Of a stretch of DNA of 13,630 nucleotides, positions 1-8,357 are shown piece after piece. The notes below the pieces were generated by a model that ran no database searches, had not been told where the DNA came from, and worked only from the letters and a program-made list of their open reading frames with translations. Position 1 is the first letter of the stretch; the number at the start of each line of letters is the position of its first letter. Source of the stretch: Candidatus Thorarchaeota archaeon (lineage in GTDB: Archaea > Asgardarchaeota > Thorarchaeia > Thorarchaeales > Thorarchaeaceae); assembly GCA_046758445.1 (NCBI GenBank), contig JBHIAE010000069.1, forward strand, positions 1 to 13,630, written 5' to 3'. The translations under genes were made by a program, and so were the position numbers.

Positions 1-40
1 ACAGTACCTAGATACACCCAGTGATGTGTGATGATGGAAT

Positions 41-421
41 GTGTCAAATGCAGACAAGAAGAAGTCGAAATCAGAACAAGAGATGGAAAGGTGGGCTAAA
101 GAAGTGAAGCGCGGTGCCATTACTCTAGCGGTCCTAGCTCTTCTCAACAAGAAGCCTGCCTATGGCTACGAAGTTGTGAAGGATCTCGAGGATCGGGCAT
201 CCTTTCTTCAACTTGAACAGGGCACTGTCTATCCGATTCTTCGCAGAATGGAGAAACGTGGACTCCTCTCATCCGAGTGGGATTACCAGGACCCCACTAA
301 GCCAAAGAAGTACTATAGACTGACTTCAGAGGGTCGAAAGGCCCTGCGAATGATGGCCATGACCTGGAAGGTCTTGTCTCATGAGATGCAACAGATAACC
401 AGGGAGGTTGGAACACAATGA
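41..421 (+). CDS. PadR-family winged-helix transcriptional regulator
   Basis: Contains typical PadR motifs: LAVLALL..KPAYGYEVVKDL, GTVYPILRRMEKRGLL, KKYYRLTSEGRKAL. GTG start. The stop overlaps the next start (ATGA). Confidence 0.93.
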   Translation: MSNADKKKSKSEQEMERWAKEVKRGAITLAVLALLNKKPAYGYEVVKDLEDRASFLQLEQGTVYPILRRMEKRGLLSSEWDYQDPTKPKKYYRLTSEGRKALRMMAMTWKVLSHEMQQITREVGTQ

Positions 422-1596
422 CCAAGGATCCAATGACGCTAATTGATGAATACCTCGAAAGAGTCAAGGTCTACTTGCCACTGGACAGTGAAAGCACACT
501 AATCGAGATTCGTACTCACCTGATTGAAGAGGCCGAGGCGATTGGAATTGGAGAAATCACTGTAGGTACAGCTCTGATGGCCATTGAGCGCATGGGCGAT
601 CCGAAGACTGTTGCCAGTGAGTACGCTGGAACTGGAAAGAGAGTCGGCTTAGTCCCGGCAGAATACACCCAGCCAGTGCTCCGAATCCATGGGGTTCTCG
701 TTGGTCTTGGACTTGCGTTCGTAATAGCCGCATATGTCATTGGTAGTGCATTTCTGGTGCATTTCGGAATCATCAGCGAAGTCGATAACTGGCCGTTCAG
801 TCTTCCCTTGATGATACTTGTCAATGTCATCTTCGTAGCCTTGATCATTGGGGGCGTAACACTTGCAGACAAGGAGAAGATGCCTTCTGAGAAGACCGCC
901 CTGGAGAGCTTCCTTGGGATTGGCACTGAGGGATTCAGACCCAAATATCGATCTGATGCTGTTGGAGATCTCGTCGGCGGGATGATCTTCGGATTCATTC
1001 TTCTTCTCCCCGAGGTCCGAGTACTCTACTCTCCTGCATTCGTGCCCTTTGTGACGACGATGGCCGGACTAGTGTTCCTAGGAGCACTCAAGGGTGCAAT
1101 GTTCCTGATTGGTGGTGAGAACAACCTCAACCTCATCTTTGAGGCCGGTCTTAGCGCAGTGTGGATCCTCTTCTCGACGCTCTTGATCAACGTCGGGTTT
1201 CCGTTAGACTATATCTGGGTGAACGAGAATGGAGTCTGGGGCCTGTTCAACATAACCGAGTTCTTCGTTGAGAACGAGATACCATTCATTTCGTTTGACC
1301 TGATCTGGACCTTCATCATCTTCATAATCGTGGTGCTTAGCACCTGGAGGCTGATTGTGGCATCCATGAAAGTCCCCATGTATCTTGGACGTGGTAGAGG
1401 CCTGTGGTGGCAAGGCGACTGGGGCAAGAGGAGTCAGAAGGGCCCTGGTGGTTGTTTCGGACGTGGTAGAGGCCAGTGGCGACAAGGTGACTGGGATAAG
1501 AGGCGCCAGAAGGTCTATGATGATCCTCTGGAGCGCGACCGTGAAGATAGAAACAACGATTCTCAGACATACCAGGATGGATACATGGGCAACTGA
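418..1596 (+). CDS. Multi-pass membrane protein with N-terminal HAAS/DUF1700-like helical domain (PadR partner)
   Basis: The N-terminus (IDEYLERVK..L..EIRTHL..E..AIERMGDPKTVASEY) has the pattern of PadR-associated HAAS domains. About 6-7 hydrophobic segments follow. It is translationally coupled to padR, with SD GGAGGT upstream. Confidence 0.8.
   Translation: MTKDPMTLIDEYLERVKVYLPLDSESTLIEIRTHLIEEAEAIGIGEITVGTALMAIERMGDPKTVASEYAGTGKRVGLVPAEYTQPVLRIHGVLVGLGLAFVIAAYVIGSAFLVHFGIISEVDNWPFSLPLMILVNVIFVALIIGGVTLADKEKMPSEKTALESFLGIGTEGFRPKYRSDAVGDLVGGMIFGFILLLPEVRVLYSPAFVPFVTTMAGLVFLGALKGAMFLIGGENNLNLIFEAGLSAVWILFSTLLINVGFPLDYIWVNENGVWGLFNITEFFVENEIPFISFDLIWTFIIFIIVVLSTWRLIVASMKVPMYLGRGRGLWWQGDWGKRSQKGPGGCFGRGRGQWRQGDWDKRRQKVYDDPLERDREDRNNDSQTYQDGYMGN
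1387..1513 (+). repeat. Intragenic direct repeat, 2 x 55 nt, period 72 nt
   Basis: 1387-1441 and 1459-1513 match at 47/55 positions. They encode GRGRGLWWQGDWGKRSQK and GRGRGQWRQGDWDKRRQK. Confidence 0.9.
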
Positions 1597-1647
1597 CATC
1601 AATCAGAGGCGGCACAAGCCCCCTTCCTCCTTCTTTTTCTTCTGCGA

Positions 1648-1866
1648 CTATTCAGGTTTGACCTTCTGCCCTCTCTTTTTCGCCTCGAAGAACGAAATGA
1701 CAAAGCCGAGCACAATCACTGCATCCACGAACAAGGCAACCTCGAACGGGAAGACCATGAAGATACTGATTACAAGGACGGCAAGAACGAAAACCGACAG
1801 AAGCATCATAATGCACTCGTTCTCATCTGTTGCAAGAGGGAACAATCCCCATGCCAAGTCATTCAT
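1648..1866 (-). CDS. Small hypothetical two-TM membrane protein (72 aa)
   Basis: Two hydrophobic helices and a basic tail (KKRGQKVK). ATG at 1866 is preferred because the longer ORF start runs through the tRNA remnant. Confidence 0.6.
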   Translation of the reverse strand: MNDLAWGLFPLATDENECIMMLLSVFVLAVLVISIFMVFPFEVALFVDAVIVLGFVISFFEAKKRGQKVKPE

Positions 1867-1920
1867 GGTTTTCTTCAGTCCACAACCCTGCTGATGACGA
1901 TGGTTCAGAAATGAAAGAAC

Positions 1921-1955
1921 CGATGCGGCGGTGTAGTTTCGAACTGCGGATACAC
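1921..1955 (-). repeat. Degenerate copy of the tRNA-Phe 3' end (att-like remnant)
   Basis: CGATGCGGCGGTGTAGTTTCGAACTGCGGATA versus the reverse complement of spliced tRNA-Phe, TGGTGCCGCGGCGCGGATTTGAACCGCGGACA, gives 22/32 ungapped. Eight of the 10 mismatches are transitions, and the orientation is the same as the tRNA. Confidence 0.65.
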
Positions 1956-2253
1956 CATGTGAATTCTGGTCGAAATTCACAATAAACAGTTGGGCCAGTC
2001 TTAGACGTCACTCCTCCTATGAACAACCCAACATTTGCACTACTGTGGCTCCGCATTTCCGAGGGTTGAATTGACTAGAAGGAAGCCATATCTCGACTGG
2101 TGGTGGTCTGCAATGACCTAGAACGAGGGAAGAATCCTTGCTCTCTTCAATGAGGACAGGCGAATTGGTTAGATACGACGGATAGTGTTCCCCGGGACGC
2201 CGACTTGCTAGGTCGGGGGTATGATATGTGTACATTAGGGGCTGCCTACAAGC

Positions 2254-3864
2254 ATGATTATGACCGTTCCGAGAATCACACTCCGAAGATCCTCCATTGG
2301 CAGGCGCAACCCTGACGAGTGCGACCAACTCATGTGTGATTTCAATTCACAGCTCTTAACGCCAGAATTGCACGACATGGTAGTCAAGGAGCAGCCACCG
2401 ATACAAAGGATGGAGAATCTGGCACAGGTGGCTGAGGACGTCTATGAGAGGGCCATTGGGAAGAATGCACGATTTGTGTTCTGGGAGGTCAATCAAGCCT
2501 ATCAGTCCGATTACACGATAACACCTCAAGGAATAGAGAACAAGCTTCGGGAATGCTTTGGACAGGAGGTGTTTGGTCAGCATATCCGTGTGGGGCATGT
2601 AGACGGACGATTATATCTCTGGAATCCTGACACGAAACCTAACAATCTGCTTAAGGCCTATGACCGCCAATTCTTCTACTTTCGAAGCGAAGACGAACTT
2701 GCACTACTCACGAAGCTTGCCGCACACATGATCCTATCAGACCACCCTTCTCAATCTCTTTCACATTTGAATCGGTTGATGCAACAGCTAGTTCACAGGG
2801 ATATATCGTACCTGAGGGAGAGGAAATCTCGCATTGAGGGGGCTTCCCTACATCTCCTCAGCGATATCTTGGGAATGACTCCGAGTCACCTTGAAGGAAG
2901 AATTGTCAAGATTGCTGGAGCCAATGGCAATGGAGGGATACGAAGCCCAAGATTCCCTGAGAACATGAACCTCGAGATTCTGAGAGCTCGTTTCATAGGC
3001 GTTGCCGTCAGTGATTGTTACATCCCTGAGTCGGGCACCTTGGAATTTTCTGAAGGTAGCCTAGACCGAATAGACCGGTTCAAATGTCTGCTCAGCGAGT
3101 TTGGCATGGCACATGGTAAGGAGTGTTTCTACAAGGAGAAGGGTCATTACAAGCTGTATGTCGCAAGCCCCCTAACCGCCGCACTTCACTTCTGGGAGAT
3201 ACCATCGGGTGACAGAACCATTCTGAACTATGGTTTACCAAGCGATGTTCCGACTTGGTCAAAGAAAGCCATGCGCGGATATATGCAGGAAATGCTAGCT
3301 CAAGAGGGAAACGTGGACAAGAATGGTGTGATTAACTGGACCCGATCTCATGCATTGTATGATGGGCGAAAGGCTACAAAGTATGGATTTCGGTCAAGAA
3401 TATCCGTCGAAACTAGGGAGTTCCTCGCTGAATCCAAACTGACGAGAAAGCATACTGGAATGGTTTCCGAGCGTTCTATTCCCATGGGACAACTCACGAA
3501 GCTAAGTCGCCTATCCGATGAATATCTTTCAAGGATAGCCAATGAACTTCGAAATGTTGTGTTTGCGTATCGAAATAGGCTGATTGACGATGAAAGAACG
3601 ATGAGCTTGAGTCTTCGTATAAAGGTTAAGCTCGACCCAGTTAGAATATCATTCTTTGAGAAATCGGACCGCGTTACTGTCCGATGGCAGGCCCGTGTGA
3701 GCGGACATGAGTCCAAGATTCGAAGCATCATCCTGATTGCCCCGAATTTCGACGTGAAGTATGATGACGCAATTGACTGGCTATTCAAGCAACCTGCTGA
3801 AGGTTTAGCGCCGATTCGATGCCAGCTTGAGCTAGAGGGGTTTGAGCTATCTAGTCAGGGATAA
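2254..3864 (+). CDS. Free-standing two-motif LAGLIDADG (DOD-type) homing-endonuclease-like protein with N-terminal extension; true start may lie further downstream
   Basis: Motif 1-like ARFIGVAVSDCYI (~2986-3024). Motif 2-like LPSDVPTWSKKAMRGYMQEMLAQEGNV (motif ~3277-3315). The spacing of about 95 aa is typical of intein-type endonucleases. No Hint/intein splice motifs are seen. Confidence 0.65.
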   Translation: MIMTVPRITLRRSSIGRRNPDECDQLMCDFNSQLLTPELHDMVVKEQPPIQRMENLAQVAEDVYERAIGKNARFVFWEVNQAYQSDYTITPQGIENKLRECFGQEVFGQHIRVGHVDGRLYLWNPDTKPNNLLKAYDRQFFYFRSEDELALLTKLAAHMILSDHPSQSLSHLNRLMQQLVHRDISYLRERKSRIEGASLHLLSDILGMTPSHLEGRIVKIAGANGNGGIRSPRFPENMNLEILRARFIGVAVSDCYIPESGTLEFSEGSLDRIDRFKCLLSEFGMAHGKECFYKEKGHYKLYVASPLTAALHFWEIPSGDRTILNYGLPSDVPTWSKKAMRGYMQEMLAQEGNVDKNGVINWTRSHALYDGRKATKYGFRSRISVETREFLAESKLTRKHTGMVSERSIPMGQLTKLSRLSDEYLSRIANELRNVVFAYRNRLIDDERTMSLSLRIKVKLDPVRISFFEKSDRVTVRWQARVSGHESKIRSIILIAPNFDVKYDDAIDWLFKQPAEGLAPIRCQLELEGFELSSQG

Positions 3865-3972
3865 TGGTGCCGCGGCGCGGATTTGAACTCCGCGACTAGG
3901 GGGCGAACCCCCATGTCTCCGCGGACAACACGGTCTTCAGCCGTGCGATCTCCCTGGCTGATCTACCGCGGC
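3865..3972 (-). tRNA. tRNA-Phe(GAA) with encoded CCA and a 31-nt intron at position 53/54
   Basis: Cloverleaf: acceptor GCCGCGG/CCGCGGC-A-CCA; D stem GATC/GATC; anticodon arm CACGG-CTGAAGA-CCGTG (anticodon at 3936-3938). The T arm CGCGG-TTCAAAT-CCGCG forms after removing 3888-3918. Confidence 0.96.
3888..3918 (-). other. Archaeal tRNA intron (relaxed bulge-helix-bulge) in the T arm
   Basis: Central helix CCGC/GCGG with 3-nt bulges GG^A and AG^T, inner helix GAC/GTC, capped by GGGGG-TTCG-CCCCC. Cleavage after the second bulge nucleotide restores G53-T54 exactly. The outer helix is not well paired. Confidence 0.88.
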
Positions 3973-4004
3973 ACGCTTTCGTTCCCATGCCTTCTGGCTT
4001 CCTG

Positions 4005-4011
4005 ATATAAA
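4005..4011 (-). promoter_or_regulatory. Putative TATA box of tRNA-Phe
   Basis: TTTATAT on the minus strand, 33-39 nt upstream of the mature tRNA 5' end. Confidence 0.55.
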
Positions 4012-4190
4012 GATAGCGACCAAGAGCACAGAATCTCTTGATATCCCGAAACAGAAATCGATGTGTAGCAAAAGCGATGAGTCAAGTCATGGGAGCACCC
4101 ACGATTCCCTTTGGTGTCCTTGTCTACGGCCTTCTAACAGTGAAGCTCGCAGTCTTCGGGTCTTTCCTGACTTGTGCTTGAGGCTCATGA

Positions 4191-4658
4191 CTAGTTGAGT
4201 GCTTGGGCTGCTTCCTTCACCTCATCGAAAGGAGGAAGCTTTTCGGGGTCTTCACTCACCCATCCGTACACTATCTTCCCGTTCCTATCAACGACAAATA
4301 CTGACCGCTTGGCCACATCCTTCATTCCTGCAAGACTCGAATACACGATGTCATAGGCATGAATGACAGTCTTCTCCCAATCAGAGAGTAGTGGGAACTG
4401 AATCTGGTTCTGATCCTTGAACGCCGCATGACTGAATATTCCATCAACGGATATACCGAGGACATTCACTCCCAGCTCGTTGTAGTCGCTTAGAGCGTCC
4501 CTGAACCGACAGAGCTCCTCCTTGCATACTGAAGTGAAATCCGCCGGATAGAACAAGAGGACAACTGGCCCCTTCTTCAGTTCTTCACTGAGTTTGATGC
4601 TCTTGCCGGGGGCTTCGAGAAGTTCGAAGTCTGGTGCACTATCTCCAACACTCATCAT
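4191..4658 (-). CDS. Peroxiredoxin (BCP/PrxQ or AhpE-like)
   Basis: VGDSAPDFEL; FYPADFTSVCKEELC (PxxxTxxC plus CxxxxC); GISVD; FPLLSD; RSVFVVD. The start was moved to MMSVGDS. Confidence 0.93.
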   Translation of the reverse strand: MMSVGDSAPDFELLEAPGKSIKLSEELKKGPVVLLFYPADFTSVCKEELCRFRDALSDYNELGVNVLGISVDGIFSHAAFKDQNQIQFPLLSDWEKTVIHAYDIVYSSLAGMKDVAKRSVFVVDRNGKIVYGWVSEDPEKLPPFDEVKEAAQALN

Positions 4659-4738
4659 TGTAGCCACCTCAAAATCACTATTGTTAAGTCTATGAGGCAC
4701 TTAAGGCTTCAGGTACAGATGTCTACTCGTGGGGCCTC

Positions 4739-5344
4739 TCATCTTATCTTGTGGTTCATGAAGCTGGCCACGAAGGCTGCAAGGATCGCTGCAGCGTTCA
4801 CTGCGAGGGGGTAGATGAATAACGAGTCGAGGAAGGCCAGTGTCGCCAGTGGAGAGGGCAGGTTGAAGCCATCCGCAATCGCGAACGGAAGGAAGTAGAA
4901 CATGAGAAACATGCTGGACAACAGGCCAACTCCAACAAAGGCAGGCATATCGGTGGTAGACCTAGCGAACTCAGAGAGTCTTGCTATCCATCCACCAGCA
5001 GCTCTCTGCCTTCTCCTCCTCTTCTTCTTAGAAATGATGTGGGCCCAACGATACATGGCCTCAGCCATCAGAACGTAGCCTCCAGCGAGGACAGCAGAAG
5101 CTCCCAGGGCGACAATCAGCTGTAGCTCCGAACTCAGGACATGAATGTATGTCTGTGCATGCCACAGAATGGGAATCTGAACCAGACCTGCAATCCCAAT
5201 GAATATCAGGATGAGTCCGGGTTTACTCCCTCGTCTCCACCATACTGCTAGGCTCATGTTTCTCGACCTGGTCTCTGAGTTGACCGCCCAGACATGTGGT
5301 CCCCACTTTAAACTTTTGGAACGCAGTTGGGCTTTGATGACCAT
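4739..5344 (-). CDS. Hypothetical membrane protein (about 4 TM, basic loop KKKRRRR)
   Basis: Long ORF with four hydrophobic segments. The start overlaps the upstream stop by 1 nt, although a later start is possible. Confidence 0.7.
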   Translation of the reverse strand: MVIKAQLRSKSLKWGPHVWAVNSETRSRNMSLAVWWRRGSKPGLILIFIGIAGLVQIPILWHAQTYIHVLSSELQLIVALGASAVLAGGYVLMAEAMYRWAHIISKKKRRRRQRAAGGWIARLSEFARSTTDMPAFVGVGLLSSMFLMFYFLPFAIADGFNLPSPLATLAFLDSLFIYPLAVNAAAILAAFVASFMNHKIR

Positions 5345-5919
5345 TACTCAACGCTCTTAGCAGTAATCCGGAACCAATGCCGATTGTCGCTGCTACCTAG
5401 CAATGCGAATCCTGAGTTCTCCAGTGTCTTCGCAACCGCTTCTAGGCTCTGGTTTTGATTACCGACGAGACCATAACTGATCTGGGAAATTGATCCGTCT
5501 GGAAATGTGAATTGGGCATTGAACAGGAACCTGTCCTGTTGGGAAACTACATTGGCGGCCAGAATGGATAGTATTCCGTTGGGTCTCAATACTCTGTGAG
5601 CCTCCTCAAGAACAGCCTTCTTCGTTTCCCAGTCTCTCATATACCCGAGAGAGAACCATAGAGTTGCGACATTAAACGTGTCCCTTCGAAAGCAAAGACT
5701 GCAGCCATCAGCTACTGTCCAGTGGGCAGACGGTCCATGTATCCTTGCCTCCCGAATCCTGTCCAGGCTAACATCCACTGCACAGACTCTCTCTCCTTCC
5801 AGTCTTGAAACAAGTCCCTCACCACCGCCTCCGATGTCAATTACCAGCCCTTTGAATTCAATACTCTTGAGGTCTATTTCCTGCAGAGGTGTTTCGAAAA
5901 CCGTGGGGTGCTCATTCAT
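5344..5919 (-). CDS. Class I SAM-dependent methyltransferase
   Basis: Motif I VIDIGGGGEG, then AVD, ADG..L.F...F, and EAHRVLRPNGIL. Confidence 0.9.
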   Translation of the reverse strand: MNEHPTVFETPLQEIDLKSIEFKGLVIDIGGGGEGLVSRLEGERVCAVDVSLDRIREARIHGPSAHWTVADGCSLCFRRDTFNVATLWFSLGYMRDWETKKAVLEEAHRVLRPNGILSILAANVVSQQDRFLFNAQFTFPDGSISQISYGLVGNQNQSLEAVAKTLENSGFALLGSSDNRHWFRITAKSVE

Positions 5920-6103
5920 CGGAACTCAATTCGACCTCGTGCGATTTGAACTCTGTGGCCCTGTGAGGCCGTGATGAGTGTGATCATGCCTCCCCCATGG
6001 CTTACTTGCGTGTATCACGAGGAGAACATAACATCTCAAGTTCTGTGTTTTCACACTTCTACACCAACGATACCAAAGGAAAACCCGTTTTGGTGGTCAC
6101 GTG

Positions 6104-6577
6104 ATGAGTGCAAGATGTGGTGCATGCGGTTCTGTAAACAATGTCCAGATAGTCTATGATTCATTATCGGAAGAAGGTGAACTGAGATGCCAGTCCTGTG
6201 TCAACACACGCTTCCCTCTGGGCACTCGGATCGTCAAGTTCACTGACAGTTCACGTCCGCTTCGACGTGCCTACTACATGAGTGTAGAGAACGAAGACGA
6301 TCTAGAGTTGATCTTGGACGTTGGCAGAAGGGCACGAAAGATAAGAGCGAGGGATTTTGAGGCGTGTTTCTATACTGCTCATATCCGGGAGAAGCACATT
6401 GGTCCCATGACATTCTCTCTAGGCCGCTCAGAAAGCAATATCATGTTGCGCGGCCATGTGGACAAACTTCGACTTTGGATGGAAACATCGAAGGTCCTTC
6501 CTCGGAGCAGGTATAAGACCGAAACTGTACCTGTCCCCGAGATACCCTATCCACTCTTTGCTCCTGTAAACCCCTAA
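6104..6577 (+). CDS. Hypothetical protein with N-terminal Zn ribbon
   Basis: CGAC...CQSC motif. The ORF fills the gap divergent from the methyltransferase. Confidence 0.65.
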   Translation: MSARCGACGSVNNVQIVYDSLSEEGELRCQSCVNTRFPLGTRIVKFTDSSRPLRRAYYMSVENEDDLELILDVGRRARKIRARDFEACFYTAHIREKHIGPMTFSLGRSESNIMLRGHVDKLRLWMETSKVLPRSRYKTETVPVPEIPYPLFAPVNP

Positions 6578-6681
6578 GCAATGGAAACCAGCCTCTGGAA
6601 AGAAGGACGAATCTGATGAGGTTTCCTTCAATTCACTGAGAATCCTCTCAGGAACTCAAGAAGATAGAATCCTACATTCTC

Positions 6682-6885
6682 CTATACTTGATACGTTCTG
6701 CTGCCGCCACCACGTCTTCGGACAACTACGAGTAGTACTATCCAGAATAGTGTATAGATTACGAAAAACCAGTCTCCTGGGCCCCAGGGAATCCATTGCT
6801 GTAGTGGGGTCGAGAAGAGCTGATCAAAGAAGCCGAATATGTATTGGAAGAATGTGTCCATATACTCAGGTTGTGCGAACTGCAA
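6682..6885 (-). CDS. Small single-TM hypothetical protein
   Basis: TTG start preceded by a GGTGA SD-like motif. A TM helix is followed by RRR. Confidence 0.5.
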   Translation of the reverse strand: MQFAQPEYMDTFFQYIFGFFDQLFSTPLQQWIPWGPGDWFFVIYTLFWIVLLVVVRRRGGGSRTYQV

Positions 6886-7041
6886 TTGGAATCACCCATG
6901 GTACATTATCCGTGTGGGTATCACTCTTTTGTACGCCTTCTGACTTGTCAGTCTTGTAGGTTTGTATCACGTACTTAGAACTTAACGTTAGAGGTTACTT
7001 AAGAAACTGTGCTGGGTATACTCTAGACTTCTGACATCATG

Positions 7042-7638
7042 CTACGATTCTTTCGAAACCATCCTCTCTCTGAATTCGTTTCTTAACAGTCCGTAGTAGA
7101 ACACGCCCCAACGCTCTCCATCACTTATGCCGCACTCTCGATGGTGGCCTTCTCTCACAAGACCCAAGCGTTCTGCCAATCTCCAACTTCTCTCGTTATT
7201 ATCGCGAGTGATGACTATCATCTTGTGGGCATTCAAGTCATCGAAGATGAAATCAATGGACCGCCTAGCTGCCTCGGTTGCCAAGCCTTTGCCTTGATGC
7301 CCTTGGTCCAAGAAGTACCCTAACTCAAAGGATGGCACCTCCCACTTCTTGGGCTCTATCCAGATCTCGCCTATGTACTCGTTGTCAGACTTGAGCCAGA
7401 TGCCCATCACAAATCTCTCTCGTGCTGTCCATTCTGCAGCGTGTCTTCTGACCTTGATTTCGGCATCTTTCTCGGAGTCTATGTCCTTGATTTCCTCTGC
7501 GTGTTCCTTGAGCAGCTCCCTGTTGTTGTCCCTCTGCAACAATCCATACAGATGTCTTCCATCCCCTTTGGCGTACTTTCTTACAACCACTCTGTGCGAT
7601 TCCAGTTTCGAGGGTAGGTCAGGTAAGAGCTTGTGCAT
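7042..7638 (-). CDS. GNAT N-acetyltransferase, RimJ/RimL family
   Basis: ELGYFL...QGKGLATEA and N.RSWRLAERLG...EG motifs. Confidence 0.92.
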   Translation of the reverse strand: MHKLLPDLPSKLESHRVVVRKYAKGDGRHLYGLLQRDNNRELLKEHAEEIKDIDSEKDAEIKVRRHAAEWTARERFVMGIWLKSDNEYIGEIWIEPKKWEVPSFELGYFLDQGHQGKGLATEAARRSIDFIFDDLNAHKMIVITRDNNERSWRLAERLGLVREGHHRECGISDGERWGVFYYGLLRNEFRERMVSKES

Positions 7639-7847
7639 GTTCGAGGCGGCCTCCTCTTGGAGTCTACCCTACAACATGCCTTCGTCCTAAAAGTGAGCTG
7701 CCGGACACCGCATAAATGAAACACCTATTGAAGCAAACAAGATGCAATGTGATCGTACAGAGATAGCGGCAGGATTCTACTCAGCTGACAATCTTTAACT
7801 CAGTAGATTACGAAATAGGAAGCAAGTATGGATGGAGGAGGCGCTGG

Positions 7848-8318
7848 TTGATTAGAATATTACTAGATAACGTTACTCCAATTGAAGATCTTATTGACCT
7901 CATAAAGGATGGTTACGCAAACGATTATCGGAGAATCTGGTCACTCTCCGAGCGAGTTGTCGGCTTGTTTATGCATGAATCAATAGGTTGGCTGGCTGGC
8001 AATGTCTACTCCATAATGACGGTGCTTGACTATGACCCGGCAAGAAGGAGCTGTGACTTGTTGATTCGATACTCTGGGGGAGCACTTTCCCTCATAGGGA
8101 CCGGTCGATCTGAGGATTTCATCTCTGACATGGTGAGAGCAATCTCTGGACTGGCTGAACAGAAGGAGTGGCTCTACAAAATCGAAAGGGCGAAAGTGAA
8201 ACCTGCAGGTGAAGAGTGTCCCTACTGTGGAGCATCTTACAGGTACCCAAAGGAGAAGGTGGGAGAGGATGGAACTGTGGAATGTCAGAACTGTGGAAGA
8301 CCATTCGCTCCCGGATAG
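7848..8318 (+). CDS. Hypothetical protein with C-terminal Zn ribbon
   Basis: CPYC...CQNC at the C-terminus. TTG start with a strong GGAGGAGG SD. Confidence 0.8.
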   Translation: MIRILLDNVTPIEDLIDLIKDGYANDYRRIWSLSERVVGLFMHESIGWLAGNVYSIMTVLDYDPARRSCDLLIRYSGGALSLIGTGRSEDFISDMVRAISGLAEQKEWLYKIERAKVKPAGEECPYCGASYRYPKEKVGEDGTVECQNCGRPFAPG

Positions 8319-8334
8319 AATCAAAGTGCGACTT

Positions 8335-8357
8335 AGATGGCTGGGCGAATTTTACAG
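8335..8357 (-). repeat. Possible highly decayed tRNA 3'-end copy (copy 1)
   Basis: AGATGG-CTGGGCGAATTTTACAG matches the consensus at about 15/24 with one gap. It lies 16 nt after a + strand stop, like the other copies. Confidence 0.35.

Noticed and set aside
516-1894. Overlapping alternative-frame ORFs (516-998, 1204-1602, 1385-1894 and similar shadows elsewhere in the window)
   Set aside because: They lie antisense or out of frame to well-supported genes and have no recognisable motifs.
2017-2328. 103-aa minus-strand ORF upstream of the endonuclease
   Set aside because: No recognisable motif, the composition looks non-coding, and it overlaps the + strand ORF start.
2254-3864. Integrase or intein call for the 536-aa ORF
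   Set aside because: No R..HxxR..Y tyrosine-recombinase signature, and no intein N-terminal or HN/C-terminal splice motifs.
3888-3925. Long variable arm instead of an intron
   Set aside because: tRNA-Phe is class I. The alternative fold gives a non-standard T arm, while BHB cleavage restores a canonical one exactly.
7760-7785. Possible further tRNA-end remnant (GCGGCAGGATTCTACTC); similarly weak matches near 1605 and 7008
   Set aside because: The similarity is too low to separate from chance by eye.
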